A stretch of 63,334 nt of DNA, filler included, from Stramenopiles sp. TOSAG23-6 (Eukaryota): the NCBI GenBank assembly GCA_900128565.1. It is 33 parts of 33 records of this genome, joined end to end, with 100 filler letters (N's around TTAATTAATTAA, not from the genome) between each part and the next. Parts side by side here need not be neighbours in the genome. Positions count along the whole stretch, not along the records: positions 11,597 to 13,426 come from LT638547.1; positions 13,527 to 15,355 come from LT638548.1; positions 15,456 to 17,284 come from LT638549.1; positions 17,385 to 19,212 come from LT638550.1; positions 19,313 to 21,138 come from LT638551.1; positions 21,239 to 23,063 come from LT638552.1; positions 23,164 to 24,984 come from LT638553.1; positions 25,085 to 26,905 come from LT638554.1; 25 more parts are not named here. One strand, 5' to 3'. Position 1 is the stretch's first letter. The number at the start of each line of letters is the position of its first letter. Below the pieces are notes generated by a model. It made no database searches. It was not told the DNA's origin and saw only the letters and a program-made list of their open reading frames with translations. Of this stretch, positions 13,233-25,237 are shown one piece after another. The position numbers were made by a program, and so were the translations under genes.

Positions 13233-13426
13233 TTAAGCAAACATTGAAAATGCTACTGCCATTACAAATGGAGTAGCGGCCATTGCAGCGAGACCACTGG
13301 CTGCACCAGGAGGTGTTTCACCCGAATCAGAAACAAACTGGGATTCAAATGCTTTGGTGGTTGCGTTAACGTCACCGTGACAAGTTTCGATGGATTTGTC
13401 AAACTTTTCTTTTGCTTCTTCGTCTT
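13233..13426 (-). CDS. C-terminus of the same surface protein (adjacent tandem copy) with a GPI-anchor-like signal
   Basis: 13372-13426 equals 11597-11651. The frame continues ...ETCHGDVNATTKAFESQFVSDSGETPPGAASGLAAMAATPFVMAVAFSMFA*. Confidence 0.75.
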
Positions 13427-13612
13427 NNNNNNNNNNNNNNNNNNNNNNNNNNNNNNNNNNNNNNNNNNNNTTAATTAATTAANNNNNNNNNNNNNNNNNN
13501 NNNNNNNNNNNNNNNNNNNNNNNNNNGAAAAGCAGTTTGTTGTTGCTGCTGCTACAAGCTACGCAGCTGGAGTCTTTTACATAAGATAATAGCTTAGTCC
13601 ACCGAATATAAT

Positions 13613-14395
13613 ATGGAGGAAGATAAACTAGTTGCTCTACACGAGGAATTATCTAGGCATGGTCCCGGTAGAGGTGGCCTTTCGTCTCGTAATGATTTCA
13701 GAATTCCGAAAGATATGAGAAAAGTTGCAGCTCGAAACGCTGCTGCTGACGCGGCTGATGAATATATAGGAGATGACCTTAAAACTAGGCGTAAGAGAGC
13801 ATTATACAGAAACTTTGTCCGTGAGGGGGAACGCCACAAAAAGTTTGCACAAACACAGCGCACACGAATGGTATTTCATGATGAAGATGAAGACGAAGGT
13901 ATGTGTCCTGGTCGCTGTGGTCGTTGTAAAGTCTGCTTGGGAGCAGCTAAATGCAATGAGCAAACGCTTGCTAGTTCCAACAGATCAAAAAAGAAATCAA
14001 TGAAGAAGGTTGATGTCGCAAAGGCACGGAAAGAAGAAAGGCGATTATCCAAGAAGGCGAAAAAGGAACGCCGAAAAGCTGGGATGACAAAAGCACAAAA
14101 AGCGGCAGCAAAGGCAGATAAGCTAGCTGCCAAGAAAGCCGCAAAATTAGCTGCCAAAAAAGCTGCAAAATTAGCTGCCAAAATAGCTGCAAAAAAAGCA
14201 GAAAAAGAAAGGCAGCAATCTGGAGGCAAACGCAAAGCCACAATTGATGTATGTGTAGAACCCACGAAAAAAATGAAAGTGTTGAAGAAATTGAAAAAGG
14301 CAAAAAAAGATATTAAAATTTCAGAGGAAACTAAAAAGGCAAAAAAGCCAAAGAAATTTAAAAAATCAAAAAAGGCAAAGAAATCAAAAGCTTGA
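13613..14395 (+). CDS. Lysine-rich, probably nucleolar or nuclear protein
   Basis: 260-aa ORF with LYRNFVR motif, a small Cys cluster and AAKKAAKL repeats. Confidence 0.6.
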   Translation: MEEDKLVALHEELSRHGPGRGGLSSRNDFRIPKDMRKVAARNAAADAADEYIGDDLKTRRKRALYRNFVREGERHKKFAQTQRTRMVFHDEDEDEGMCPGRCGRCKVCLGAAKCNEQTLASSNRSKKKSMKKVDVAKARKEERRLSKKAKKERRKAGMTKAQKAAAKADKLAAKKAAKLAAKKAAKLAAKIAAKKAEKERQQSGGKRKATIDVCVEPTKKMKVLKKLKKAKKDIKISEETKKAKKPKKFKKSKKAKKSKA

Positions 14396-14897
14396 TTTTT
14401 ATCAAATAAAGAGTATTATAGCTAAAATAATTTTCATACATTGCATGATCATTCATTTTCCTATTGACACTATATTTTTTTTTACTGTCAAAACTNTTTT
14501 GTATTTCAAGCAACAGAAAANGAAAATTCAAAGATGTCGACTTTTACCGATTAAAATTATTCCCACACTTCAACTAGCTCAGTGGGTCCTTCCAAGATTT
14601 TTTCTTTCTATAGAGACCATTTTTCATATACGTTTTTTTGTCATCCCACCCCACACCTTCAAAGCAGGTGTGTGTTAAAGTGTGGGTCATCGCACAGCCA
14701 TAAGATTTTAAAACATTCAGCATTCAGCATACAAAAATATAATAAGTCAAAAAGTTTTGTATATCCCTGAAAAGAAAAAGAGTTTCAACAACACGAAATT
14801 CTTTAAATCTTTACATTAATATATTGGATTGCAAATTAAAAAATAATTCGAGTCAAATTTAAAACTATTCTTCTATCACACTCCTTTCACGAAAACT

Positions 14898-15355
14898 TTA
14901 CTTTTTATTCTTCTTATTTCCCGAGCGTCTTTTTTCGCTGCTTTCACTTTTATGATTCTGTTTTTGTCGCTTTTCTCCAGAACCTTGCGAATTTCTACGA
15001 GATTTGTTTTTACTGTCACTGCGACTTCGCTTTCGTTTTCCATTTTGGATGTTCTTGTCTTTATTATCACCACCTTTATTACGACGATTGTTATTATTCT
15101 TCTCGCCACCTCTATTGCGACGATTGTCATTATTATTATCATCTCTATTACGGCGATTGTTTTTATTATTATTATTATCGCCACCTCTGCTGTTACGGCG
15201 ATTGTTATTATTATTATCACCACCTCGATTACGACGATTGTCATTATTATTATTATCATCTCTATTACGACGATTGTCATTATTATTATTCCAGTTATTG
15301 TTGTTATTATTGTTATTCCAATTATTATTATTGTTATTCCAATTATTATTATTAT
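14898..15355 (-). CDS. C-terminal Asn/Arg/Asp-rich low-complexity tail (frame not in ORF track)
   Basis: Open frame NNNDNRRNRDD/GG repeats ...KRKRSRSDSKNKSRR...KKNKK*. Confidence 0.6.
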
Positions 15356-15509
15356 NNNNNNNNNNNNNNNNNNNNNNNNNNNNNNNNNNNNNNNNNNNNT
15401 TAATTAATTAANNNNNNNNNNNNNNNNNNNNNNNNNNNNNNNNNNNNNNNNNNNNAAATTTCGTATGAAAAATAAATTCGAAATTGAAAAAAAAATAAAA
15501 CATACATAC

Positions 15510-15983
15510 ATTGCCTGCCTGACTGTATATTTCACAAGCTTTCTGTAAAAGTGATAATGAGCGTGTTGTATCTACCTTTTCTAATACACTCGAAGCTTCC
15601 ATACACATTTCTGCATTCTTGGCCGTTTTATCAGCTTGTGCATAAAGTTGACCCGCCATAAGAAAATATTTTGACGCTTTCAGCGCCATTTTTGGATTCG
15701 TAAAGCGAAAACGCTTTGCCAGTTTCCCAGCCTTTTCCAAACGATCTGCGGCCATATACTCTTGCCCAGACTTTAAAGCACAATTTGAAGACTCTTCGTA
15801 AGCTCGCATTGCTTCATCAAGAGCGCCAGCCATTGAAAAATCTCTCGCAGCTGAGTCGTAATAGCCCTGAGCCATTAGAAAATCTGGATTCCACTTGAAC
15901 ACTGAAGTCTTTAGAGAAGATGCCGCCTTTTTCATATTTTCTCTAGCTGATGAAAGCTTCTGCTGCTTCATAAGTGAAGACAT
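15510..15983 (-). CDS. Gamma-SNAP-like (NSF attachment protein), first exon
   Basis: LKTSVFKWNPDFLMA..Y..AA..F motif and TPR-like helices, then a family donor. Confidence 0.8.
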
Positions 15984-16322
15984 CTTCTATTGATCTATTT
16001 CGTAAAATTAAAGTTTACCTTTTTAGTGGGGAACTATAATGAGAGTTAATTAAGCAACAAGCTTGAATAGAATAGAATAGAAAACTTACTGTAAAAACAA
16101 ACAACAATTTTTAGTCAATTTTTTACATCGTCGTCACGTCTAGGCTAGCGCTAGGCTAGGGTTAGGGTTAGTCAAAACAATTACACGTGTACACACTCGC
16201 TCTATTATTTTCGGGTCGCTCCTCCCAAACAATATCTTAGTTTTAACGTATTGTCTTGCATTTTGGTATCAGCTCTTACAGCAGATTGTGTCTTTCATTA
16301 TTACATTAAAAATATTATTCGA

Positions 16323-17009
16323 ATGATAAAGTCTTCCACGTTTACTCAGATTTTCATTTTACTATTAAGCTTTCCTTTAGCGCTTTCTCAATGCAAGTGC
16401 CGAGATCCTGGTTGTAAAGATACAGAAGGTCCTCACTCAGGCACTCTCCGAAATTCGAGTTTCTGCTCCTCTAGAACTACTGAGTTTGATTGCCAAGGTG
16501 GATGTAGACAAGACTTTACTGGATCAGGTCATGCTAGTGTGGGGAACAATCTTTGTATTTGGGATAATCAAAATGAAAGCAAAGCCACCGCAAAAGTAGG
16601 TGGAAAGAATTTTCATGACACGGAAATTAATAACCGGGGGCATGTTTGCGCTAGAACATACTGCTCTGGAAATATGGTATGTTGACTTTAGTTTATTTTT
16701 TTCTCATTTATTAGTTATATGAATCTTCAATTACACTCACGATAATTCAATTGTATAATACATTTTACTTAATAGGTCCATAACGGTGACTTTGTACCTA
16801 TAAGAGATTCAGCGGGAGATTTTTATTTGGAAGAAAAAAATTTTTCATGCCCCAGTGGATACAATGCTATTTCTGGAGGTGCTTATCACAAAAAAGGTAA
16901 TGGTGTTGGAGGTATTGAATGGGCAGAATTATCTTGGAATGGTAACAAGTGGGTGGTACCAACGACAGAGGACGCAACAAAAATTAGTAAATGTTGTGAA
17001 GTGTGCACT
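16323..17009 (+). CDS. Secreted Cys-rich protein (exons 16323-16676, 16776-17009)
   Basis: Signal peptide and many Cys residues; exons join by a canonical GT-AG intron. Confidence 0.7.
16677..16775 (+). other. Canonical GT-AG intron lacking the family core motif
   Basis: ATG|GTATGT...TAATAG|GTC, phase 0, joins ORFs 16251 and 16827 in frame. Confidence 0.75.
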
Positions 17010-17487
17010 GTACGTTTTCAGTATGAATTTCAATTTTTTCAATTTTTTTTTTCGTACGAAATTTCGTACCTAACAAATTTCGAATTTAATTTTTTTCACA
17101 ATACATGAACGTATACAAAGACTTTCTAAAGGACACCTTTGTTTATCGACATCTCTCGCTTTTTGCTTTGTCGCATGTCGTTTAAATTTTGAACCTGTAC
17201 GTTTTTTTTTTTTTATTGAATTTTTTTTTTTTTTTTCATACGAAATGTTGTACCTAAGAATTGAATTTTTTTTTTTTTTTTTTTNNNNNNNNNNNNNNNN
17301 NNNNNNNNNNNNNNNNNNNNNNNNNNNNTTAATTAATTAANNNNNNNNNNNNNNNNNNNNNNNNNNNNNNNNNNNNNNNNNNNNCAAAATATTTTACATT
17401 TGAAATTTGTTAATTTTCTATAATTTTTTTTTTTTTTTTTCTTAGGTACAAAATTTCGTAGGAAAAAAAAATATAGATAAAACAAAC

Positions 17488-18453
17488 ATATTTCGAAAAG
17501 TAATATTTCGTACAGTTGATGCAATGCTTCCAATTGTCAAACCGACACCACTCGCATTAACATTTTCAATGACAACATTTGTTGTATCATCTTTGACACA
17601 AAAAGTATCATATACTTTGAAGAAATATTTTACATTTGGTATTTTCTTAGTACAGAAAAAAAGAAAAATTAAAAAAATATTAGGGTTAGGGGTCCTAGTT
17701 CTAGGGTTAGGGCTACTAACATACATCCTGATTCCATACATTACAGTGATGAATCCAAATATCATTTCCAGTCACATCAAATCCATCAGTATTAAACGCA
17801 GTAAGGTCAATAATAGTATGTTTTGTGCGAGATATTCTCCATGCTTCAATACTACAATAACGGATTTCTAGTCCATCAACTCCTTCAAATAGTGTAGTCC
17901 AGTATGGCGGATCTTTAAAATTTACATTTTCGATTAGAGTGTCGTTTGAATCTGTCATTCTCAAAAGTCTTGGTCTATCCTCATGCCGAATTAAATAACC
18001 AATACCTGGAATACCCCACCAATGTTGTCCAAGGCCGTCGATTAAACCTTTACCTGAACTTGTCATGGTGAAGTTTTTAAATTGAGTAAAGTGCATAAAT
18101 TCTAAAACTCCACCGTTGGAATGGTCTCTAGGCCACGTTTTGATATCTTTAGGGAGTATTAATGTACCATCCAGTTGTAGTGTTACAGAGTCTAACTTTT
18201 CTGCATGAATTCCTCCCATAACGTGAAATGTTTTGTTAGGTACAAGCAGTGTATCGCCTGGCTGTAACGTAGGTAATGTATCGTTAAATATTCGACCATT
18301 TCTCCAACAGGTGGATAGACTAGAATCATCGGGAATAAGACCACCGGATTCTTCAATATTAATAATTCTTGAAGAAATAACAATACATTTGGATGCAATC
18401 ACTAATGCACATAGGCATACGAGTAATCGAGTATAACGACAAAATAATGTCAT
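17488..18453 (-). CDS. Polygalacturonase, glycoside hydrolase family 28 (exons 18453-17725, 17609-17488)
   Basis: Signal peptide, FNTDGFD, NQD|DTFCVK (catalytic DD split by GT..AT intron 17724-17610), G.TIGS. Confidence 0.92.
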
Positions 18454-18882
18454 TTTAGATGAAAACACGTGATTCTTTTTAAATCACGTGAATTTAAAAA
18501 AAAAGGCACAAACGAAAAAAACGAAAACGAATGTCATTGACTGATTTTGTAACATTTTGTAATATATTGATTGATTTGTGTTTACTTTTTTTTGAATCAT
18601 AAATAATTTGATATGAGATCGAATATTAGTATTCGATTTCGTGTAATCATGAGATCATTTTCTGCTATTTACTTTGAAAAAATATTGAGTATTTATGAAA
18701 TTAATGAAATTAAACTTGTTTATGTTATTTAATACTTTTAGTACTTGTAGAAAAGGCAAATTAAGTTAACTACAAGCTTAGAGTTACTAGTAGGGTACCA
18801 CCGGTAAGGATATATGTCTCTGTTATTTTTTTCGTACCAAATTTCGTACCTAACAAAAACTTTTTTTTAGTACGTACCATTT

Positions 18883-19074
18883 TTAAAAGTCTTTTATCGC
18901 GCCACATTCTACATTACGATTTTTTGCAGCTTTTTCTTTTATTTCTTTAAATAAATGAAACACTTCCTCAGGTATTGGTGTCACAAACTGAACATCAAAT
19001 TGTGGTAACAGACCTGTTGTACATTCAGAAAAACCAATAATAGGAATTGTATCATATCGTTGACGGAACAAGTC
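18883..19074 (-). CDS. Last exon of an unknown protein
   Basis: Open frame following a family acceptor (CACAATCAAT). Confidence 0.45.
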   Translation of the reverse strand, partial: DLFRQRYDTIPIIGFSECTTGLLPQFDVQFVTPIPEEVFHLFKEIKEKAAKNRNVECGAIKDF

Positions 19075-19166
19075 ATTGATTGTGAAAAAAAATTAAAAAT
19101 TTGAAAAAAAATTAAAAATTTTTTTTTTTGAAAAAAAATGCTTAGGTACAAAATTTCGTATGAAAT

Positions 19167-19202
<36 letters not shown>

Positions 19203-19528
19203 TTTTTTTTTTNNNNNNNNNNNNNNNNNNNNNNNNNNNNNNNNNNNNNNNNNNNNTTAATTAATTAANNNNNNNNNNNNNNNNNNNNNNNNNNNNNNNN
19301 NNNNNNNNNNNNCAAATTCTGATTCAAATTCTGGTGTTGTCAACACTAACTTTTCTGAAAGTTCAGTAAGTAGGGCTGAGTACTTAGAATATGGACATGC
19401 GTATTGCCGATGGAAGTTCAACCAATGCTAAACTTACTTTCACGAAGAAACAACGATGATGATAAATAAAATGTCATACCTTTTAAAACATTCAAAATTG
19501 TCTTGTAATATTCCCTTTATTTTTTTAT

Positions 19529-20759
19529 TTATCGCCCACCGTGCTTTTTTAATAACTGCAGCGTTTGAATCTCTCGTTCTAGTCTATGAATATTTGCCTC
19601 ACTAACCACATTGTGTATATCACTACTATCAATACTTTGAATATCTTGCCACATTTGCTCACGATCTTTGGTTGCGGCATCGGCGTCATTATGAATTACT
19701 TTCACAGTAGCATCCGAATCGTATTCATCTTCGAAATTATCATCTTCCTCAATCAGATTTTTATAGCGAGACATTGAATCAATGACCGTATCTTTTGCAC
19801 CTTCAAAATTACTTTTATATTCTACATTTATATATGACTTTTTTCTCTTAAACTGTGTTATTTTATGTTGCAGTGCTTCAGTATCATATGAATGAAACAG
19901 ATTTAGTTTCCTTTTGAACAAATTTGGTCTATTTTTAAATAACTTCTTTCTTATTTGGAAATTACATTCCGATGTCATTGTGACTTCATTGCAAATATCA
20001 TTGTACTTTAGCACATCTTCATGCCATCAATTGGCTTCCTTGTTCCATGAAATTACGTATAATTTTATCACTTTTTTCAGCACTTGTTTCAAGATCTTTT
20101 ATTCGCTTTTCAAGATCTTTTATTTGCTTTTCTTTAGTTTCCGAAGTTTTTATTGTACTTTGAAGATCTCCCTTTATTTTAATCTCACGCGTGTGACACG
20201 TGTGTTGATACCATTTACGGAGAGAAATTGATAAACAGCGCTGCCTGTACTTCTGCAAAGTTTGAACAATAATTCTGATACAAAGATGGTGACGCTCGAG
20301 AGTGTTTTTACTTACAACTAAAACCATTTCCCTATCCTGCGCCCGACATTCACTCTCTAGCTCAGCAATGTTAGCTAACATTCCATGTGCTTGTTGAAGA
20401 GCATTGATAATACACTTTTCCTGTTTTATGACAGTTGGAGATGGCTCGCCTTGTTGCAATCTTAAGCGTTTCTGTATTGCTCTGCTAGATTGTAGAGCTT
20501 CCTGAATTTTTTTGCTTTGTGTTGTAATTCTTGAATTAATATTAGTGCTACTATCTTCGAAATCTCTTGTGCATTCACCGAATTGTGCCAACGACCGCAA
20601 AGCATCACGAAGTTCTTCGGAAGTTCTTCTAAGACTACGCATTTGATTCTCAACTAACTTTTTTTTATCCGCAGAAGTTCTGAGATTTTTTTTGCACGCT
20701 ATAAGCTCTGCTCTAAGATATTTGACTTCTTCACTATCGCTGCCATTGACCTTTTTCAT
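19529..20759 (-). CDS. Coiled-coil protein, apparently split by a frameshift near 20020
   Basis: Two abutting ORFs (246 aa and 161 aa) of similar composition in different frames. Confidence 0.55.
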
Positions 20760-21023
20760 TTCAACAATTTATCGGGTGTCAAATTGCCATCGGTTTTACT
20801 TAGCTCTACAGATAAATTGCATTGCTGAATCAATCTAACGTATCCACTGTATTACAAATCGAGGACCAAAAAAAATGACCAAATTTCCGTCCGTTAATTT
20901 TTGCTGTGAATATTTGATTGACCCCTTATTATCATTCAATGATATTTTCATCCATATCTCAACTCAACAGTGAGATAATAATTAATAACGTCATAAAGGG
21001 TTTCAAATAATTCATTTGAGATA

Positions 21024-21138
21024 ATGGTACGTGTAATTATTACTGGTGGAATGGGTTTCATTGGTCGCAGCTTAGCTTCGTTGATTCTTAAACGTGGCAC
21101 TATTGCTGGAGCTGATGGCTCTCTAAAAAGAGTATCCG
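21024..21138 (+). CDS. NAD-dependent epimerase/dehydratase N-terminus (truncated)
   Basis: MVRVIITGGMGFIGRSLA, the extended-SDR TGGxGFIG motif. Confidence 0.85.
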
Positions 21139-21355
21139 NNNNNNNNNNNNNNNNNNNNNNNNNNNNNNNNNNNNNNNNNNNNTTAATTAATTAANNNNNN
21201 NNNNNNNNNNNNNNNNNNNNNNNNNNNNNNNNNNNNNNAATTTTCTATGAAAAAAAAAAAAAAAAAAAAAAAAGGAAAATTTCGTACAAAAATTTCGTAC
21301 AAAATGTCGTACAAAAAAATTTTGTTTTTTTTTGAAAATTCATAATGATAACAAA

Positions 21356-21528
21356 CACTCTTTGTCTCTTTCTTAATTGTTCTTTAAGATTTTTCTCCGT
21401 TGCTTTGAAATTGGATGGAACGATACTATATGGATCTAATAAAATTCTTGAATGTTTTCCTTTTTCAGCCTGTATTTTACATTGTTTTTTGAAATTTGAA
21501 ATATTTTGTTAGGTATCAAATTTCGTAC

Positions 21529-21582
<54 letters not shown>

Positions 21583-21714
21583 GTTTGAAACATATAATTG
21601 GAAGGTCTTGATCCATCAACGGTTACACTCAAGTCTGGAGGACCTAACCATCGTCCACCATCTTTTTTCCGTTTCTGTTGTAGTGAAAAATATTTCAAAG
21701 TTCAATTATGAACT

Positions 21715-21751
<37 letters not shown>

Positions 21752-21772
21752 TTTTTTTTTTTGGGGGACAAA

Positions 21773-21816
<44 letters not shown>

Positions 21817-22937
21817 AAATTTGAAATTCAATTATGAAAACGTACCAAAGTTTTCGTGTAGAGAAGATTCAAATTCTACTCCTATTGATTTATCTAGAGG
21901 TATAATTTCATTTTCGCCTATAATATAGGGTGCATATTTAGCATCTCTTTCTTCCATCTCACGTTCCCATTTATCTCGTTTCAGTTGCAAACATTGTGAA
22001 AAAATATTTAAAAAAATTCAAAATTTGTTACGTACAAAATTTACTATAAAAAAAAAAAAAAAAAAATTTAAAAAAAAAAAATTGAAATGAAAACGTACAA
22101 ATCAACCGCAGATTGATATAATCGATTATACACCTTACCATTCGATTTTCGTTTAACTTTTGATAATGTATTCATTGTCATAGATACATCAACACCATCA
22201 TCTAAATGTGCTACATTTTGTTTATTTTCATCATTAGGGTTAGGGTTAGGGTTAGGGTTCAGCGTGTTTTCATCATAGGTTTCTTCATTATTATAATTCT
22301 CATGCACAATAGACATTGCCTTTTTTAATTTTTTATATACACTGTTGAAGAAATCTAATGTTGCACAAAAGTCTTTGTGGTCTATTTTGATCAATTTTGA
22401 ATGTGATAAAGTATTTGAAGTATTTGTAGTAGTACTTGTAGTAGGATTTGTAGTAGGATTTGTAGAAGGATTTGTAGTAGGATTTGTAGAAGGATTTGTA
22501 GTCGGATGAAATCGTTTCATAAGTAACTCTAAATCGTGCTTTGTCAGACCTTTTTTTCTATTACTACTAAACAAACCTAAACGTCGTAGACCATGTAATT
22601 AAAGGACAATATTTCATTTGTTTTTTTGTTAGGTACAAAATTTACTACGAAAATAACATTTGAGTTTTTTTTTTTTTGAAACGGACATTTTGAAATTCAT
22701 TTTGATCGATAAATGTATTGTAGAAAAATATTTCAAAATGTACTAAAAAAAAAAATTTGTTAGGTACAAATTTTTTTTACCAAAAAAAAAAAAGATCAAA
22801 TTTGAAAATAATTAAAACATACATCCATCGCCATTTCGATCAAATGCTGCGAAAGCTTTTGTTATATCTTTCATTTTTGTACCAAATAGTTGACGTTTTT
22901 TTTGAATCGCTTCACATAGTTTCATAATTACAATGCA
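21356..22937 (-). CDS. Multi-exon EF-hand protein
   Basis: Splicing 22822-22713 and 22686-22593 rebuilds AFAAFDRNGDGFIDQNEFQNGLRRLG. Junctions below 21850 are less certain. Confidence 0.8.
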
Positions 22938-23283
22938 TGTATAGAAAAAAATATTTTTTTTTTCAAAATTATTGTTTTATTAGGTACAACAATATATATA
23001 TTTCATATGAAATTTTGTACCTAAGCAAAAAAAAAAAAAAAAAAAAAAAAATTTAAAAAAAAANNNNNNNNNNNNNNNNNNNNNNNNNNNNNNNNNNNNN
23101 NNNNNNNTTAATTAATTAANNNNNNNNNNNNNNNNNNNNNNNNNNNNNNNNNNNNNNNNNNNNTTTTTTTTTTTTTTTTTTTTTATAAATTTTTTTTTTT
23201 TTTTTTTTTTTTTTGGTAAAAAAATTTTGTACCTAACAAATGTTTTTAGAATTTTTTTTTTGAAATATTTTTACAAAATACAT

Positions 23284-24883
23284 ACAGGTTTTCAACATGG
23301 AGTGGACATTATCCAAAACAAATTCGACCAAAAGTAAATACAAAATTTGGTCCAGGTATGATTTATGGTTATCGTGATGGAGATGCTACGTTGTTAATAT
23401 GGTTACTAGACGTTTTGAAATTTTCGTATGTATGTTTTATTTTTTTTTTAACAAAAAAATCGAGTTTTTTTTTTTTGAAAATTTTGTACCTAACAATTTT
23501 TTTTTAAAAATATTTTTCCAAAATATATATTCCGTGTGAATCCGTTGATTTTTATAACATCATGAGTATATCTCAAAATAAAGTAGATGATGTTGTAGGT
23601 GATGTAAATGTTGAAAAGTCTGAAAATAAAGTAGATGATGTTGTGGGTAATGAAAATGTAGAAATGTCTCAAAATAATGAATCTTTTCAAAATATAAAGA
23701 ATTCCTTTTGTTATACAAAAGATACAAAAAATCCTTTACAACCTTGGGTTGAATATGGACTAAATGGACGAGTTGTTGCAGCAGTTGCAGCAGTTGCATT
23801 GAACAGTGAAACGTCAAAGGATACTGATGTTACTACTACTACCAGTGATGATACTGCTAATAAGGATATTAGTATCACAGTCGCTTCTATTGAATCAGTG
23901 GAGAGTACGCGATGTATGTTTTTTTTTTTGTATGAATTTATTTTTTTTTTTTTTACGGAAAAAAAAAATTTTGTACCTAACAAGTTTTTTTTTTTATAGA
24001 AAATTTTGAAATATTTTTCCAAAATACATATTGTTGAATGAATCTACAGATGTTCGAGTTGTAACTGCAATTCACACTCGAAGTATTTTACGCGAAATGG
24101 AAAAACAATCATTTGATGTTCAAGAAATTATTAAACTTCGTATAAGACAAAGTGCGAAATCTTCAATGTGCCAACAATGGAAAAATTTCAATATGGCACA
24201 GGCTAAAAAAAACACATCTTTGGATGTTGATACAATTCATTCCACGTTGAATGTATGTTTTATTTTTTTTTTTTTACAAAAAAATCGAATTTANTTTTTT
24301 TTTTTTTANGNAAAAAAAAAATTTTGTACCTAATAATTTTTTTTTTATAGAAAATTTTGAAATATTTTTCGAAAAAACATGATTCAACGAATTCTATTGG
24401 AGTACGTGAAGGAAATTATCGAAAGCCGTTGAAAGATATATCAAATATTCCAATTTTAGGTTGGTTGGACAATGTAAGTTTTTAATGTTTTATTTAAATA
24501 TTTTTTTCCTACAAAAAATTGTGCCTAACAATTTTGTTGTACCAAAAAAGAAAAAAGAAAAAAATAATATTGTTCACAAAATATAATACTGAGAGAATTA
24601 AAAATATCTTGAAAATGGATTCAAAAGACGTAAAGTCAAATCTACCTTCAAAAAATGTATATGAGAATAACTCTAATCGTATGTATGTTTTATTTTTTTT
24701 AAACAAAAAAATCGATTTTTTTTTCGTACGAAATGTTGTACCTAACGATTTTTTTTTTTAAATATTTTTCCAAAATACATTACTATTAACAAACTCGAGA
24801 TGAATTCTGTTGGAATTTATCGAGGAGCATCTCGTTATCCTAACCTTAACCCTAATGAAAAAAGGTATTCTTTTACAAGACAT
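23284..24883 (+). CDS. Series of exons of unknown protein(s) separated by family introns
   Basis: Open exons between AT-ending acceptors and GTATGT/GTAAGT donors. One junction (23914-24029) is out of phase. Confidence 0.5.
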
Positions 24884-25118
24884 GTATTTTTTTTTTTCTA
24901 ATTTCGAATTTATTTTTTGTGTTACGTATGAAATTTTGTACCTAACAAATTTTAGTTTTTTTTTTGAAATATTTTTCCAAAATANNNNNNNNNNNNNNNN
25001 NNNNNNNNNNNNNNNNNNNNNNNNNNNNTTAATTAATTAANNNNNNNNNNNNNNNNNNNNNNNNNNNNNNNNNNNNNNNNNNNNAAAATTTTTTTTTTTT
25101 TAAAAATTTAAAAAAATT

Positions 25119-25166
<48 letters not shown>

Positions 25167-25237
25167 GTAGAATATTTTGTACCTAACAATTTTTTTTTTT
25201 AGAAAAAAAAAAATATATATATTTTCCCAAAATACAG

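Noticed and set aside
14876-15411. Ile/Leu-rich membrane protein ORFs
   Set aside because: Shadow frames of an Asn/Arg/Asp repeat; the third minus-strand frame is the plausible one.
20010-20030. Programmed frameshift or stop-codon reassignment
   Set aside because: No slippery motif; other genes end at TAA and TGA normally and are free of internal stops once spliced. More likely an indel error.
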